64,000 bases of DNA from Candidatus Deferrimicrobium sp. (GCF_036396855.1 NZ_DASWKA010000043.1:2762-66761), one strand, 5' to 3'; positions 53,581 through 63,138 are shown, counted from the stretch's first letter. Program-made: numbers and translations. Notes: generated by a model not told the origin, from the letters alone.

Positions 53581-54918
53581 ATGAGCGAGATCGTCATCGT
53601 CGGATTGAACCACCGGACCGCGCCGGTGGAGGTCCGGGAGCGCCTGGCGTTCCCGGCGGACACGGTGGGACACGCTCTCCGGGGGCTGCGGGAGCACGAC
53701 GGCATCGCCGAGGGGGTCATCCTCTCCACCTGCAACCGCGTAGAGGTCTGCGTCCTTTCGGACGTCGGATACAAGGGCGTGGACCACGTGAAGGATTTCC
53801 TCGCCGGGTTCCACGGCATCCCGATCGGCGAGCTGTCGGACCACCTCTACCACCACCTCGGGGAAGACGCCGTGCGGCACCTCTTCCGCGTCTCCAGCAG
53901 CCTCGACTCGATGGTGCTCGGGGAGCCGCAGATCCTCGGACAGGTGAAGGACGCCTACGGGTACGCCTGCGAGTTCAAGACGATCGGACCGGTCCTCGAC
54001 AAGTTCTTCACGAAGTCGTTCTCGGTCGCGAAGCGGGTCCGCACGGAAACGCGGGTCGCGAGCAGCGCCGTCTCGGTGTCGTACGCGGCCGTGGAGCTCG
54101 CGAAGAAGATCCTGGGCGACCTTCCGGACAAGGTGGTGATGCTGATCGGGGCGGGGGAGATGTGCGAGCTGGCTGCGCGGCATCTCCTCTCCGCCGGCGC
54201 CAAGGGGATCCTCGTCACGAACCGGACCTTCGAGCGCGCCGTTCTCCTCGCCGGGGAATTCGATGGCACGGCCGTCCGTTTCGAGGAGCTCGCCACCCAC
54301 CTGAAGCGCGCGGACATCATCCTCTCATCGACCGGCGCCCCGCACTTCATCCTGAAGCGGGAAGACGTGGAGGCGGTCATCCGGATCCGCAGGAACCGGC
54401 CGATGTTCTTCATCGACATGGCGGTGCCGCGGGACATCGACCCGGACGCCAACGAGATCGACAACGTCTACGTCTACGACATCGACGACCTGAACAACGT
54501 GATCGAGACGAACCTGGAGGAGAGGCAGCGCGAGGCTGCCCTGGCCGAGGAGATCGTCGTCGCCGAGGTGGCGGGCTTCCGCCGCTGGCTCGATTCGCAG
54601 CAGGTCACCCCGACGATCGTCTCCCTGCGGCGGAAGTTCGACGGGGTGCGGCAGGCGGAGGTGGCCAAGGCGCTCTCCGCGCTGGGGACGGCCGACCCGA
54701 AGACGCGGAAGGTGGTCGAGTCGCTCGCCTCCGCGATCCTCAACAAGGTGCTGCACTCCCCGATCGCGTCGCTGAAGCGGGAGACCGACGGCCGCAGTCC
54801 AATGGAGATGGTGACGGCGGTGCGGGAGATCTTCGACCTCCCGGAAGAGGAAGCGGGTGGGGCGCCGGAAGCGGTGGAGCGACCCCCCGAACAAGGAGGA
54901 AACGTTGGCGGCCAGTGA
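53581..54918 (+). CDS. hemA: glutamyl-tRNA reductase
   Basis: VGLNHRTAPVEVRE, STCNRVE (catalytic Cys) and the NADPH site IGAGEM. Confidence 0.95.
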   Translation: MSEIVIVGLNHRTAPVEVRERLAFPADTVGHALRGLREHDGIAEGVILSTCNRVEVCVLSDVGYKGVDHVKDFLAGFHGIPIGELSDHLYHHLGEDAVRHLFRVSSSLDSMVLGEPQILGQVKDAYGYACEFKTIGPVLDKFFTKSFSVAKRVRTETRVASSAVSVSYAAVELAKKILGDLPDKVVMLIGAGEMCELAARHLLSAGAKGILVTNRTFERAVLLAGEFDGTAVRFEELATHLKRADIILSSTGAPHFILKREDVEAVIRIRRNRPMFFIDMAVPRDIDPDANEIDNVYVYDIDDLNNVIETNLEERQREAALAEEIVVAEVAGFRRWLDSQQVTPTIVSLRRKFDGVRQAEVAKALSALGTADPKTRKVVESLASAILNKVLHSPIASLKRETDGRSPMEMVTAVREIFDLPEEEAGGAPEAVERPPEQGGNVGGQ

Positions 54919-55843
54919 CATCATCCGCCTCGGCAGCCGGGGGAGCACCCTCGCCCTCTGGCAGGCGGAGCACGTCCGGGCGGAGGTCGAGCGCCGCACC
55001 GGGAAAAAGGTGGAGATCACCCGGATCAAGACGACCGGCGACATGATCCTCGACGTCCCGCTGTCGAAGGTGGGCGGGAAGGGGCTCTTCGTCAAGGAGA
55101 TCGAGGAGGCGCTGCTGTCGAACCGGATCGACCTCGCCGTCCACTCGATGAAGGACGTCCCCACCGATCTTCCCGACGGGCTCGAGATCTCCTGCATCAC
55201 GCGGAGGGAGGATCCGCGCGACGCCTTCCTTTCCGTGAGGCACGCGCGGTTCGAGGACCTTCCGGTCGGCGCCCGTGTGGGGACGAGCTCCCTGCGCCGG
55301 CAGACCCAGCTGCTGAGCCTGCGCCCCGACCTTTCGATCGGTCAATTGCGGGGGAACCTCGACACGCGCATCCGGAAGATGGAGGAGGGGGGGTACGACG
55401 CGATCATCCTCGCCGCCGCGGGGCTACGCCGGCTCGGGTGGGACGGCAAGATCCGTCAATATCTCCCCGTCGACGTTTCCATCCCCGCGATCGGGCAGGG
55501 GGCGCTCGGGATCGAGATCCGGAGCGACGACGGAAGAACCCGCGAGGCGGTGGCGTTCCTGGACGACCGGGAGACGTCCCTGGCGGTCCGGGCGGAGCGC
55601 GGCTTCCTGAAACGGCTGGAAGGCGGGTGCCAGGTCCCCATCGCGGCGCACGGGACGGTGAACGGGGACACGGTCGCCCTCTCGGGGCTGATCGGGAAGC
55701 CCGACGGCTCCCGGATCCTGCGGGGAAGCCGGAGAGGCCCGATCTCCGATCCCGAAGCGATCGGTGTCGCGCTGGCCGGGGAGCTCCTCTCGCAAGGAGG
55801 CAAGGAGATCCTCGACGAGGTGTACCGGCAGTCCGGCTCGTGA
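54905..55843 (+). CDS. hemC: hydroxymethylbilane synthase (porphobilinogen deaminase)
   Basis: IRLGSRGSTLALWQAEHV, TTGD, GKGLFVKEIE and the cofactor Cys in LEGGCQVPI. A TTG at 54905 lies 5 nt after AAGGAGG (longer ORF from 54857). Confidence 0.92.
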   Translation: MAASDIIRLGSRGSTLALWQAEHVRAEVERRTGKKVEITRIKTTGDMILDVPLSKVGGKGLFVKEIEEALLSNRIDLAVHSMKDVPTDLPDGLEISCITRREDPRDAFLSVRHARFEDLPVGARVGTSSLRRQTQLLSLRPDLSIGQLRGNLDTRIRKMEEGGYDAIILAAAGLRRLGWDGKIRQYLPVDVSIPAIGQGALGIEIRSDDGRTREAVAFLDDRETSLAVRAERGFLKRLEGGCQVPIAAHGTVNGDTVALSGLIGKPDGSRILRGSRRGPISDPEAIGVALAGELLSQGGKEILDEVYRQSGS

Positions 55844-55847
55844 AGCG

Positions 55848-56618
55848 ATGACGCTCTCGGGGAAACGGATCCTCGTCACACGAAGCGCGGAGCAGGCCGG
55901 CGAACTGGCCGCCCTGGTCCGGCGCGCGGGCGGCATTCCGGTCCTCTTCCCCACGATCCGGCTGACGCATCCCGAGGATTGCGGCCCCCTCGACCGGGAG
56001 ATCGGGCGCCTCTCCTCCTTCGACTGGATCCTCTTCGCGAGCGCCAACGCGGCCCGGTTCTTCTGCGAGCGTGCGGCCCGGCTCGGGGTCGGCTCCTGGC
56101 CGGGGACCCTTCGCGTGGCCAGCGTGGGGCCTGGGACGACGAAGGAGCTCGCCGCGAAGTCCGTACCGGTGCACAGGACGGCGGGAAAGCACTCCGCCGA
56201 GGGACTCCTGGAGGCGCTCCTTCCCACGGGAATCCGGGGGAAGCGGTTCCTCCTTCCGCGCGCCGAGGAGGGGCGGGAGATCCTTCCCGACGCGATCGCC
56301 CGGGAGGGAGGAGAGGTGGTGAGCGTCGTCGCGTACCGGAACGGACTCGCGGAGAAGGACGAGGCGGTGGCCGGGGAGATCGTGTCCCGTCCGCCCGACG
56401 TCTGCACCTTCGCATCGCCCTCGGCGTTCCGAAACCTCTTCCTTCTCCTGGGGGACGGGGCGACGAGGAGCATGCTCTCCCGGACGCGCATCGCGGTGAT
56501 CGGCGAGGTGACCGCGCGGGCCGTGGAACGCAGGGATTTCCGGGTGGACATCGTGCCCGAAACGTATACGCTGAAAGCGATGGTGGACGCCGTTCAGGCG
56601 TTCTTCATCGCCCACTAG
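55848..56618 (+). CDS. hemD: uroporphyrinogen-III synthase
   Basis: [17 protein letters not shown](I/L)LFASANA, and FASPSA in the second half. Positioned between hemC and hemB. Confidence 0.88.
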   Translation: MTLSGKRILVTRSAEQAGELAALVRRAGGIPVLFPTIRLTHPEDCGPLDREIGRLSSFDWILFASANAARFFCERAARLGVGSWPGTLRVASVGPGTTKELAAKSVPVHRTAGKHSAEGLLEALLPTGIRGKRFLLPRAEEGREILPDAIAREGGEVVSVVAYRNGLAEKDEAVAGEIVSRPPDVCTFASPSAFRNLFLLLGDGATRSMLSRTRIAVIGEVTARAVERRDFRVDIVPETYTLKAMVDAVQAFFIAH

Positions 56619-56628
56619 GAGGATTCCG

Positions 56629-57603
56629 ATGCAATACCCCGAATACCGGCCCCGCCGCCTGCGGCGGAACGAAACGCTGCGCCGGATGGTCCGCGAGACG
56701 AAGCTCTCCGTGGACGACCTGATCTACCCGCTCTTCGCCGCCGCCGGGAAGGGAATCCGCACGGAAGTCGCCTCGATGCCGGGGGTCTTCCAGCTCTCCG
56801 TCGAGAACCTCGCGGAGGAGGCGCGGGAAGTCGCCGCGCTCGGGATCCCCGCGGTCCTGCTGTTCGGACTCCCGGCGCAGAAGGACCCCCTCGGGAAGGA
56901 CGCCTGGTCGGACAAGGGGATCGTCCAGACCGCCGTGCGGGCCATCAAGGACGCGGTCCCCGGCCTCATGGTGGTCACCGACGTCTGCTTCTGCGAGTAC
57001 ACCGACCACGGCCATTGCGGGATCCTGAAAGGTACCGAGGTCGACAACGACGCGACGCTGGAGATCCTCGCGAAGAGCGCCGTTTCGCACGCGAAGGCGG
57101 GGGCGGACATCGTCGCCCCGTCCGACATGATGGACGGACGCGTCGGCGCGATCCGAAAAGGCCTGGATCGCGGCGGGTTTTCGCAGGTCCCCATCATGTC
57201 GTACGCGGCGAAGTACGCCGGCGGCTTCTACGGCCCGTTCCGGGACGCCGCGGGGAGCGCCCCCGGCTTCGGAGACCGGCGCTCCTACCAGATGGATCCG
57301 CCGAACGCGCGGGAAGCGCTGCGGGAGGTCGCCCTCGACGTGGCGGAGGGAGCCGACATCGTGATGGTCAAGCCCGCCCTCGCATACCTCGACGTCATCT
57401 ACCGCGTACGCCAGGCCTTCAACCTGCCGGTCGCGGCGTACAACGTGAGCGGGGAGTATGCGATGGTGAAGGCGGCGGCGAAGCTCGGGTGGATCGACGG
57501 GGACCGCGTCACGATGGAGATCCTCGTTTCGATCAAGCGGGCCGGCGCCGACCTGATCATCACCTACGCCGCCAAGGAAGCCGCCCGCGCCCTCGCGGGC
57601 TGA
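56629..57603 (+). CDS. hemB: porphobilinogen synthase (delta-aminolevulinate dehydratase)
   Basis: [32 protein letters not shown] (Zn Cys site), PSDMMDGRV and VKPAL..YLD (Schiff-base Lys). Confidence 0.95.
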   Translation: MQYPEYRPRRLRRNETLRRMVRETKLSVDDLIYPLFAAAGKGIRTEVASMPGVFQLSVENLAEEAREVAALGIPAVLLFGLPAQKDPLGKDAWSDKGIVQTAVRAIKDAVPGLMVVTDVCFCEYTDHGHCGILKGTEVDNDATLEILAKSAVSHAKAGADIVAPSDMMDGRVGAIRKGLDRGGFSQVPIMSYAAKYAGGFYGPFRDAAGSAPGFGDRRSYQMDPPNAREALREVALDVAEGADIVMVKPALAYLDVIYRVRQAFNLPVAAYNVSGEYAMVKAAAKLGWIDGDRVTMEILVSIKRAGADLIITYAAKEAARALAG

Positions 57604-57607
57604 CGCC

Positions 57608-57814
57608 GTGGCCGTTCCGCCGACGGGACAAGCCCCCTGGCGCGTGGTCGAACTGGCGGATGTCTGCGATCGCTCGATCGAGGAGGCGTTGAATGCGGCG
57701 GCGGGGGACGGATGGCGGTTCGAGTCGGTCCACTTCGTCACGCAGCCCGGGAACCGTCGGCCCATGATGGCGTTCCTGTTTTTCACCCGGGACGCTCCCC
57801 CGCAGGGGGTCTGA
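57608..57814 (+). CDS. small protein, possibly DUF4177-like
   Basis: 68 aa with a GTG start 4 nt after hemB. GDGWRFESVHFV resembles the DUF4177 core. Weak call. Confidence 0.4.
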   Translation: MAVPPTGQAPWRVVELADVCDRSIEEALNAAAGDGWRFESVHFVTQPGNRRPMMAFLFFTRDAPPQGV

Positions 57815-57817
57815 CCC

Positions 57818-58303
57818 GTGCCGCTTCGCTGGGAAGAGCAGCGGGAGTTCTTCCGGGATGCCCGGCGGGCGCGCTACCTGGCGCGGCTGGTCGGGAAGGC
57901 GGCCGACCTGATCGTGGCGATGTCCCTCTGGCACATCCCCGGCGCCGCGGGGGTGTGCGCCGCCCTCTTCTACCTCCTGATGTGCGACGGCTTCCCGGGT
58001 GGGCGCAGTCCGGGGAAGGTGCTCACCGGCCTCAAGGTGGTGCGGATCGACCGGGACGGAATGGACTTCACGGCGTCGCTGATGCGCAACCTTCCCGTCG
58101 CCGCGCCCTTCCTCCTCTACCTCCTCCCGGTGATCGGCCCGTTCCTCGCCTACACCGTCGGGTTCGCGATCCTGCTGATCGAGACGTATCTCGGGTTCTA
58201 CGACCCCGACGGGCAACGGGCGGGGGACACCTTCGCCGAGACGCTCGTCGTGGAGTACCGGCAGGGGTCCGATGGCGTCCCTCTATCTGATCGACGGGCA
58301 TAA
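57818..58303 (+). CDS. RDD-family membrane protein
   Basis: RYLARLVGKAADLIV..GRSPGKVLTGLKVV is typical of RDD domains, with three TM helices. Confidence 0.65.
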   Translation: MPLRWEEQREFFRDARRARYLARLVGKAADLIVAMSLWHIPGAAGVCAALFYLLMCDGFPGGRSPGKVLTGLKVVRIDRDGMDFTASLMRNLPVAAPFLLYLLPVIGPFLAYTVGFAILLIETYLGFYDPDGQRAGDTFAETLVVEYRQGSDGVPLSDRRA

Positions 58304-60845
58304 CGTCCTCTACCGGACGTTCTTCGGCGTCCCGCGCCTCACGGCGCCGGACGGCACGCCGACCAACGTCGTCCTCGGCGTGGCCCGGATTCTCCTGAAG
58401 ATCCTGCGGGAGGAGCGCCCCGACGCGGTCGTCGCCGTCTTCGACTCGCGGGAGCCGACCCCGCGTCACGAGATCTACCCCGAATACAAGGCGAACCGCC
58501 TGAAGACCCCGGAGGATCTCTCCGCGCAGATCCCGGTGGTGGACGAGATGATCGACGCCCTCGGGGTGCGTCGCCTCTCGGTCGCCGGCGCCGAGGCGGA
58601 CGACATCATCGGCACGCTGTCGCGCCTTGCGGAGGAGCGGGGGATGGACGTAGTCATCGTCTCCTCCGACAAGGACATGTACCAGCTCGTATCGAAGCGG
58701 GTGAAGGTGCGGGACGGGTTGAAGGAGCACACCGTGGGAGAGGCGCAGGTCGAGGAGGTCTTCGGCGTTCCCCCGGGAAAGGTGGCCGACCTCCTTGCGC
58801 TTGCGGGGGATCCGTCCGACAACGTTCCCGGCATCCCGGGAATCGGGGAGAAGACGGCGTCCGAACTGATCCGGGAGTTCGGATCCCTCGACGCGGTGCT
58901 CGCCCACCCCGAGCGGTTGAAAGGGGCGCGGAGGGAGAAGATCGAGAAGGGCGCCGACGCCGCGCGTCTCGCGTTCCGTCTGGTCACGATCGACCGGGAC
59001 ATCCCGATCCGGGAGGATTGGTCCGGGTTCACCCCTCGCGGGATCGACGCATCCCGTGTAGCGCCTCTCTTCCGGCGCCTCGGATTCCGGAAACTGCTCG
59101 AGGAACTCGATCTCGGAAAGGAAACGCAACCGGGGGGCAAAGGGGATGCCCCGATGGGCGTGGCGTGGAAACGCGAGGGCACCGTCAAGGAGCTCCTCCA
59201 CTCGCTGGGCCCCGGGGACATCGTCTCGGCCGGGCTGGCGTACGACGGGGACCGGGAGACGGTGGCCGGAATCGCCGTCGAGGGGAAAGGGGTCCATCTT
59301 CTTCCGGCCGACGCTACGGCGCGCGCCGCGCGGGCTCTCTCCGCCCGCGGGGCCACCATCTACCTCCACGAAGGGAAGGCGCTGTACCGGAGGGACGCGG
59401 GGGACAGGACGGGGGAAGATCCACGCCTCTTCGACACGCAGGTGGCGGGGTACCTGCTGGAGCCCGAGGAAGGGACCCCCTCCTTCGCGAAGCTGCGGGC
59501 GCGGTTCCTCCCGGGGTCCCTCGCCGCACCGGAAGGGGAGTCCCCGGAGGGGCGGGCGGCGGAACGGGCGAGCGCGACGCTCGCCTTGGGGAAGGCGCTC
59601 GAGGAGCGGCTCGCGGAGGCGGCCCTGCTCGATGTCTTCCGGGGACTCGACATGCCGCTCCTTCCCGTCCTCCACCGGATCGAGGCGAAGGGGATCCGGA
59701 TCGATCCCGGGATCTTCGCGGAACTTTCCGAGGGGCTCGCCCGGGACATCTCCGCCATCGAGCGGAAGGTGGCCGCCGCCGCGGGGACCGGTTTCAACAT
59801 CAACTCCCCGAAGCAGCTGGCCTTCCTCCTCTTCGAAAAGCTGGGGCTTCCCCCCGCCAGGAAGACGAAGACGGGCTACTCCACGGACGTGGACGTCCTG
59901 GAGCGGCTGAAAGATCTCCACGAGATCCCGTCGCTGGTGCTCGAATATCGAACCGTCGCGAAGATCCGCTCCACCTACGTCGACGTCCTGCCGGGGAGGA
60001 TCGACCCGCGGGACGGGCGGATCCACACGACGCTCTCCCAGACGCAGGCGGCAACCGGGCGCCTCTCGTCCTCCGATCCGAACCTGCAGAACATCCCGAT
60101 CCGCACGGAACTCGGCCGCCGGATCCGGGCCGGGTTCATTGCGGAGAGGGGAAACCTGTTCGTCGGGGCGGACTACTCCCAGGTGGAGCTGCGCCTGCTC
60201 GCGCACCTTTCCGGGGACGCGGAGCTGATCCGCCGTTTCCGGCAGGGGGACGACATCCATACCGCGACGGCGGCCGCCGTCTTCGGCGTCGCCCCGTCCG
60301 GCGTAACCCCCGAACTGCGGCGCCGGGCGAAGGTGATCAACTTCGGCATCCTCTACGGCATGAGCCCCTTCGGTCTGTCTCGCGAGCTCGGGATCGGCGG
60401 GAAGGAGGCGAAGACGTACATCGACCACTATTTCGGCCGGTACCCTGGCGTGAAGATATACATTGAAGGATTGAAGGCAAGTGCTCGAAAAGATGGGTAC
60501 GTTGTTACTCTTATGGGACGCCGAAGATTCCTCAAGGACATCGATTCCCGGAACAAGGTCCTGCGGGAGGCCGCGGAGCGGATGGCGATCAACACCCCGA
60601 TCCAGGGGAGCGCCGCCGATCTGATCAAGAGGGCGATGATCCGGGTCGACCGGGAGTTCCGCGAGACGGGGATGGAAGCGCGGTTGATCCTCCAGGTCCA
60701 CGACGAATTGATCGTCGAGGCGCCGGAGCGGGAGGCTGCCGGGTCCGAACGCATACTGAAGGAGGCGATGGAGGGGGTTGCGAAGCTTTCGGTTCCCCTG
60801 ACCGTCTCGGTGAGCCGGGGGAAGAACTGGGGGGAAATCCACTGA
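58272..60845 (+). CDS. polA: DNA polymerase I (5' nuclease + polymerase; 3'-5' exonuclease motifs degenerate, Taq-like)
   Basis: LYLIDGHNVLYR..SSDKDMYQL (5' nuclease). RIHTTLSQTQAATGRLSSSDPNLQNIP, DYSQVELRLLAH (motif A), INFGILYGMS (motif B) and QVHDEL (motif C). The middle domain lacks the DxE and NxxYD exonuclease motifs. Confidence 0.95.
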   Translation: MASLYLIDGHNVLYRTFFGVPRLTAPDGTPTNVVLGVARILLKILREERPDAVVAVFDSREPTPRHEIYPEYKANRLKTPEDLSAQIPVVDEMIDALGVRRLSVAGAEADDIIGTLSRLAEERGMDVVIVSSDKDMYQLVSKRVKVRDGLKEHTVGEAQVEEVFGVPPGKVADLLALAGDPSDNVPGIPGIGEKTASELIREFGSLDAVLAHPERLKGARREKIEKGADAARLAFRLVTIDRDIPIREDWSGFTPRGIDASRVAPLFRRLGFRKLLEELDLGKETQPGGKGDAPMGVAWKREGTVKELLHSLGPGDIVSAGLAYDGDRETVAGIAVEGKGVHLLPADATARAARALSARGATIYLHEGKALYRRDAGDRTGEDPRLFDTQVAGYLLEPEEGTPSFAKLRARFLPGSLAAPEGESPEGRAAERASATLALGKALEERLAEAALLDVFRGLDMPLLPVLHRIEAKGIRIDPGIFAELSEGLARDISAIERKVAAAAGTGFNINSPKQLAFLLFEKLGLPPARKTKTGYSTDVDVLERLKDLHEIPSLVLEYRTVAKIRSTYVDVLPGRIDPRDGRIHTTLSQTQAATGRLSSSDPNLQNIPIRTELGRRIRAGFIAERGNLFVGADYSQVELRLLAHLSGDAELIRRFRQGDDIHTATAAAVFGVAPSGVTPELRRRAKVINFGILYGMSPFGLSRELGIGGKEAKTYIDHYFGRYPGVKIYIEGLKASARKDGYVVTLMGRRRFLKDIDSRNKVLREAAERMAINTPIQGSAADLIKRAMIRVDREFRETGMEARLILQVHDELIVEAPEREAAGSERILKEAMEGVAKLSVPLTVSVSRGKNWGEIH

Positions 60846-60861
60846 TTTTCCTGCTCGGCAC

Positions 60862-60889
60862 GGTGAATACTCCGTCGGCCGCCGCCGTC
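60862..60889 (+). promoter_or_regulatory. candidate ECF-type promoter/operator GGTGAATA-N16-CGTC upstream of the sigma gene
   Basis: The same GGTGAATA..CCGTC..CGTC arrangement with identical spacing recurs at 62570..62597. CGTC ends only 2 nt before ATG 60892, so the true start may be ATG 60940. Confidence 0.35.
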
Positions 60890-60891
60890 TG

Positions 60892-61482
60892 ATGAACGAG
60901 AGGGAGAAGGGCGGCGTTCCCGACGACGCGCTGATCCGGATGACCCTCGCAGGCGACGACGGCGCGTTCGGCGAGCTCGTGGAACGGTACAAGGGTCGGG
61001 CGTTCGCCGTGGCGGTCGGGATCGTGGGCGACGGGGACGACGCGCTCGACGTCGTACAGGACTCCTTCATCAAGGCGTACTACAAGTTGAAGGAGTTCCG
61101 GTTCGGCTCGAACTTCTACACCTGGTTCTATCGCCTCCTTGTGAACCAGGCGATCGACCGGTGGCGGAAGTCGGCGCGGTCGGCGGAGGTGCCCTTTGAC
61201 GAGAGCTGGCTTGCCGAGGATTCCTCGCCGCCGGACGGCTTCGCGTACCCGCGGACCCCTGAGAACCTGGCACGGGACCGGGAACTGGGGGACGCCCTCC
61301 AGCGTGCCGTCGACGCACTCCCGGAGTATCACCGGGCGGTGATCGTCCTTCGGGAGGTCGACGGCATGGCGTACGACGAGATCGCCAAGGTCCTCGGGTG
61401 TTCGGTGGGAACGGTGATGTCCCGGCTGCACTACGCGCGCGGGAAACTGAGAGAGACTCTGAAATCGCACAGGGAAGGGTAG
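60892..61482 (+). CDS. ECF (sigma-70 family group IV) RNA polymerase sigma factor
   Basis: Region 2 is AFGELVERYKGRAF..DALDVVQDSFIKAY. Region 4 is AVIVLREVDGMAYDEIAKVLGCSVGTVMSRLHYARGKL. Confidence 0.92.
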   Translation: MNEREKGGVPDDALIRMTLAGDDGAFGELVERYKGRAFAVAVGIVGDGDDALDVVQDSFIKAYYKLKEFRFGSNFYTWFYRLLVNQAIDRWRKSARSAEVPFDESWLAEDSSPPDGFAYPRTPENLARDRELGDALQRAVDALPEYHRAVIVLREVDGMAYDEIAKVLGCSVGTVMSRLHYARGKLRETLKSHREG

Positions 61483-61495
61483 GAAAGGGACGACG

Positions 61496-61972
61496 ATGGA
61501 TTGCGGGACGGCTCTGGGAAAGATCAACGCGAAGGCCGACGGCCTTCTCCCGCGGCAGGAGGAAGCGGAGCTGGCGGACCACCTGGCCGGCTGCCCGGCG
61601 TGTGCCGCGGACGATGCGGCGATCTCCGCGACGGGACCCGTGCTGCGCGCCTTGACCGGGATCCGGGCGATGCGGAACGCACCCGCTCTCGATGCGATGT
61701 GGACGCGGGTGCGCGCGGGGATCGACGAGGGCCGGGATACGCGGCGGCGGTCCTCGTGGCTCGCGCGGTGGTCGTGGATCCCGGCGGCCGTGGTCATTGC
61801 GCTGTTGGCGCTCGTGTTCTCCCCTTCCCGGACGGATCGACCTCCGTTTCATCCGAGCTCGTTCGAGGTCGCCGTCGAGGACGTGGAATCCGACACCGCC
61901 ACGGTGGCGCTCGTCGACAAGGGAGAGGATCTTCCGACGGTGATCTGGATCATCGAAGATGCCAAATCCTGA
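61496..61972 (+). CDS. anti-sigma factor (zf-HC2, single TM)
   Basis: The HLAGCPACAAD zinc motif lies ~30 aa from the N-terminus, with a TM helix at WIPAAVVIALLALVF. Lies directly downstream of the ECF sigma gene. Confidence 0.8.
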   Translation: MDCGTALGKINAKADGLLPRQEEAELADHLAGCPACAADDAAISATGPVLRALTGIRAMRNAPALDAMWTRVRAGIDEGRDTRRRSSWLARWSWIPAAVVIALLALVFSPSRTDRPPFHPSSFEVAVEDVESDTATVALVDKGEDLPTVIWIIEDAKS

Positions 61973-62423
61973 ACTGCGCGGCCGGGCGGGCGCGTCCGTC
62001 CTTTCCTTTTTCCTGCTCCTCCTGCTGCTCGCCGCCGTTCCGTCCGAAGCCGCCGATACGGTTACCATTGACGTCGGGGCGGTCTACGCGTCCAACGAGG
62101 GCACCTCGATCGACCCGGCTCTCGGAAAGATCCGGGGGAAGCTCCGTTCGATGTTCAACTACACCTCCTACCGGATGCTGGACCGCAAGCGTCGCTCCCT
62201 TTCCGTCGGGGAGACCGGAGAGTTCGAGCTTCCCGACCGGCGATCGATGCGGGCGACCCCCCTGCCGGCCCGGGGCGACAAGGTGCGCCTCTCCATAAGG
62301 CTCTCCGAGGGGCCGAGGAATCTTCTCACCACCACCCTCGGCCTCCGTCGGGGCGGGATGGTCCTCGTCGGAGGCCCCCCCCACCAGGCCGGTGTGCTGA
62401 TACTCATCATCTCCGCGGAGTAG
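61959..62423 (+). CDS. secreted protein of unknown function
   Basis: Signal peptide ASVLSFFLLLLLLAAVPSEAAD. Overlaps the anti-sigma gene by 14 nt. No motif recognised. Confidence 0.6.
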   Translation: MPNPELRGRAGASVLSFFLLLLLLAAVPSEAADTVTIDVGAVYASNEGTSIDPALGKIRGKLRSMFNYTSYRMLDRKRRSLSVGETGEFELPDRRSMRATPLPARGDKVRLSIRLSEGPRNLLTTTLGLRRGGMVLVGGPPHQAGVLILIISAE

Positions 62424-62569
62424 GGTTTGTGGGTTGTGGGCGAGGGACACACCTTCCCTGCATCCCGGGTTTACTCCAGGTATGTCCCTCGAAAGCGCTT
62501 GCACCTTATAGCGGATCTTTTCTGCCGTACCCTCTGCCGTAAACACCCCTCTGTGGCCTGTGCCGTGAT

Positions 62570-62597
62570 GGTGAATATTTCCCGTCCTACCCTCGTC
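62570..62597 (+). promoter_or_regulatory. second copy of the GGTGAATA-N16-CGTC motif, upstream of the WXXGXW-repeat gene
   Basis: TGAATA at 62572..62577, then a 16-nt spacer, then CGTC at 62594..62597. Lies 45 nt upstream of ATG 62642. Confidence 0.35.
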
Positions 62598-62641
62598 GGA
62601 GGAGTAAGGACGGGATAGGACGGGATAGGAGGGAGACGACC

Positions 62642-63085
62642 ATGAAGAAACTGATTGCCATACTGCTGGCCGTTGGACTTTTCGCGGCGCTCCCCGGGTC
62701 TGCCTCCGCCGGGGGCCGCGGCGGGTATCGCGGACACGGCGGTTATTACGGCCACGGCGGCCACGGCGTGGGGGGGTTCTTCGCGGGACTGGTGGGAGGA
62801 GCCATCCTCGGCACCGTCCTTTCGCACGCCTACGAGCCGGTCTACGCCCCCCCGCCGCGCGTCTACTACGCTCCACCCCCGGAGCAGGTCTGGGTGCCGG
62901 GCCGCTACGAAGTGCGCTACCAACGGCAGTGGGTCCCCGGGCACTGGGAGATGGAGCGGCACGAAGGTCACGGGGAGGACGAGGAGGACGGCTACTCCCG
63001 GGGCCGCAGGATATGGGTCCCCGGCCATTACGAGGAGATCCCCGCACGGGTCTGGCTCCCGGGTCACTGGGAGGAGCGCGGATAA
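62642..63085 (+). CDS. secreted Gly/His-rich WXXGXW/YXWGXW-repeat protein
   Basis: Signal peptide MKKLIAILLAVGLFAALPGSASA. A GGYRGHGGYYGHGGHG tract is followed by four copies of W(V/L)PG(H/R)(W/Y). GGAGGGAG RBS. Confidence 0.8.
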   Translation: MKKLIAILLAVGLFAALPGSASAGGRGGYRGHGGYYGHGGHGVGGFFAGLVGGAILGTVLSHAYEPVYAPPPRVYYAPPPEQVWVPGRYEVRYQRQWVPGHWEMERHEGHGEDEEDGYSRGRRIWVPGHYEEIPARVWLPGHWEERG

Positions 63086-63138
63086 CCGGCCACCGAACCC
63101 GCCGGCGAGACAGGCGTTCGGAAACGCAACCGACAAAC

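Noticed and set aside
52746-57603. The ccsA-like gene plus hemA-hemC-hemD-hemB as something unusual.
   Set aside because: A CcsA/HemX-like membrane protein upstream of hemA, followed by the C5-pathway genes, is a known conserved arrangement. These are ordinary housekeeping genes.
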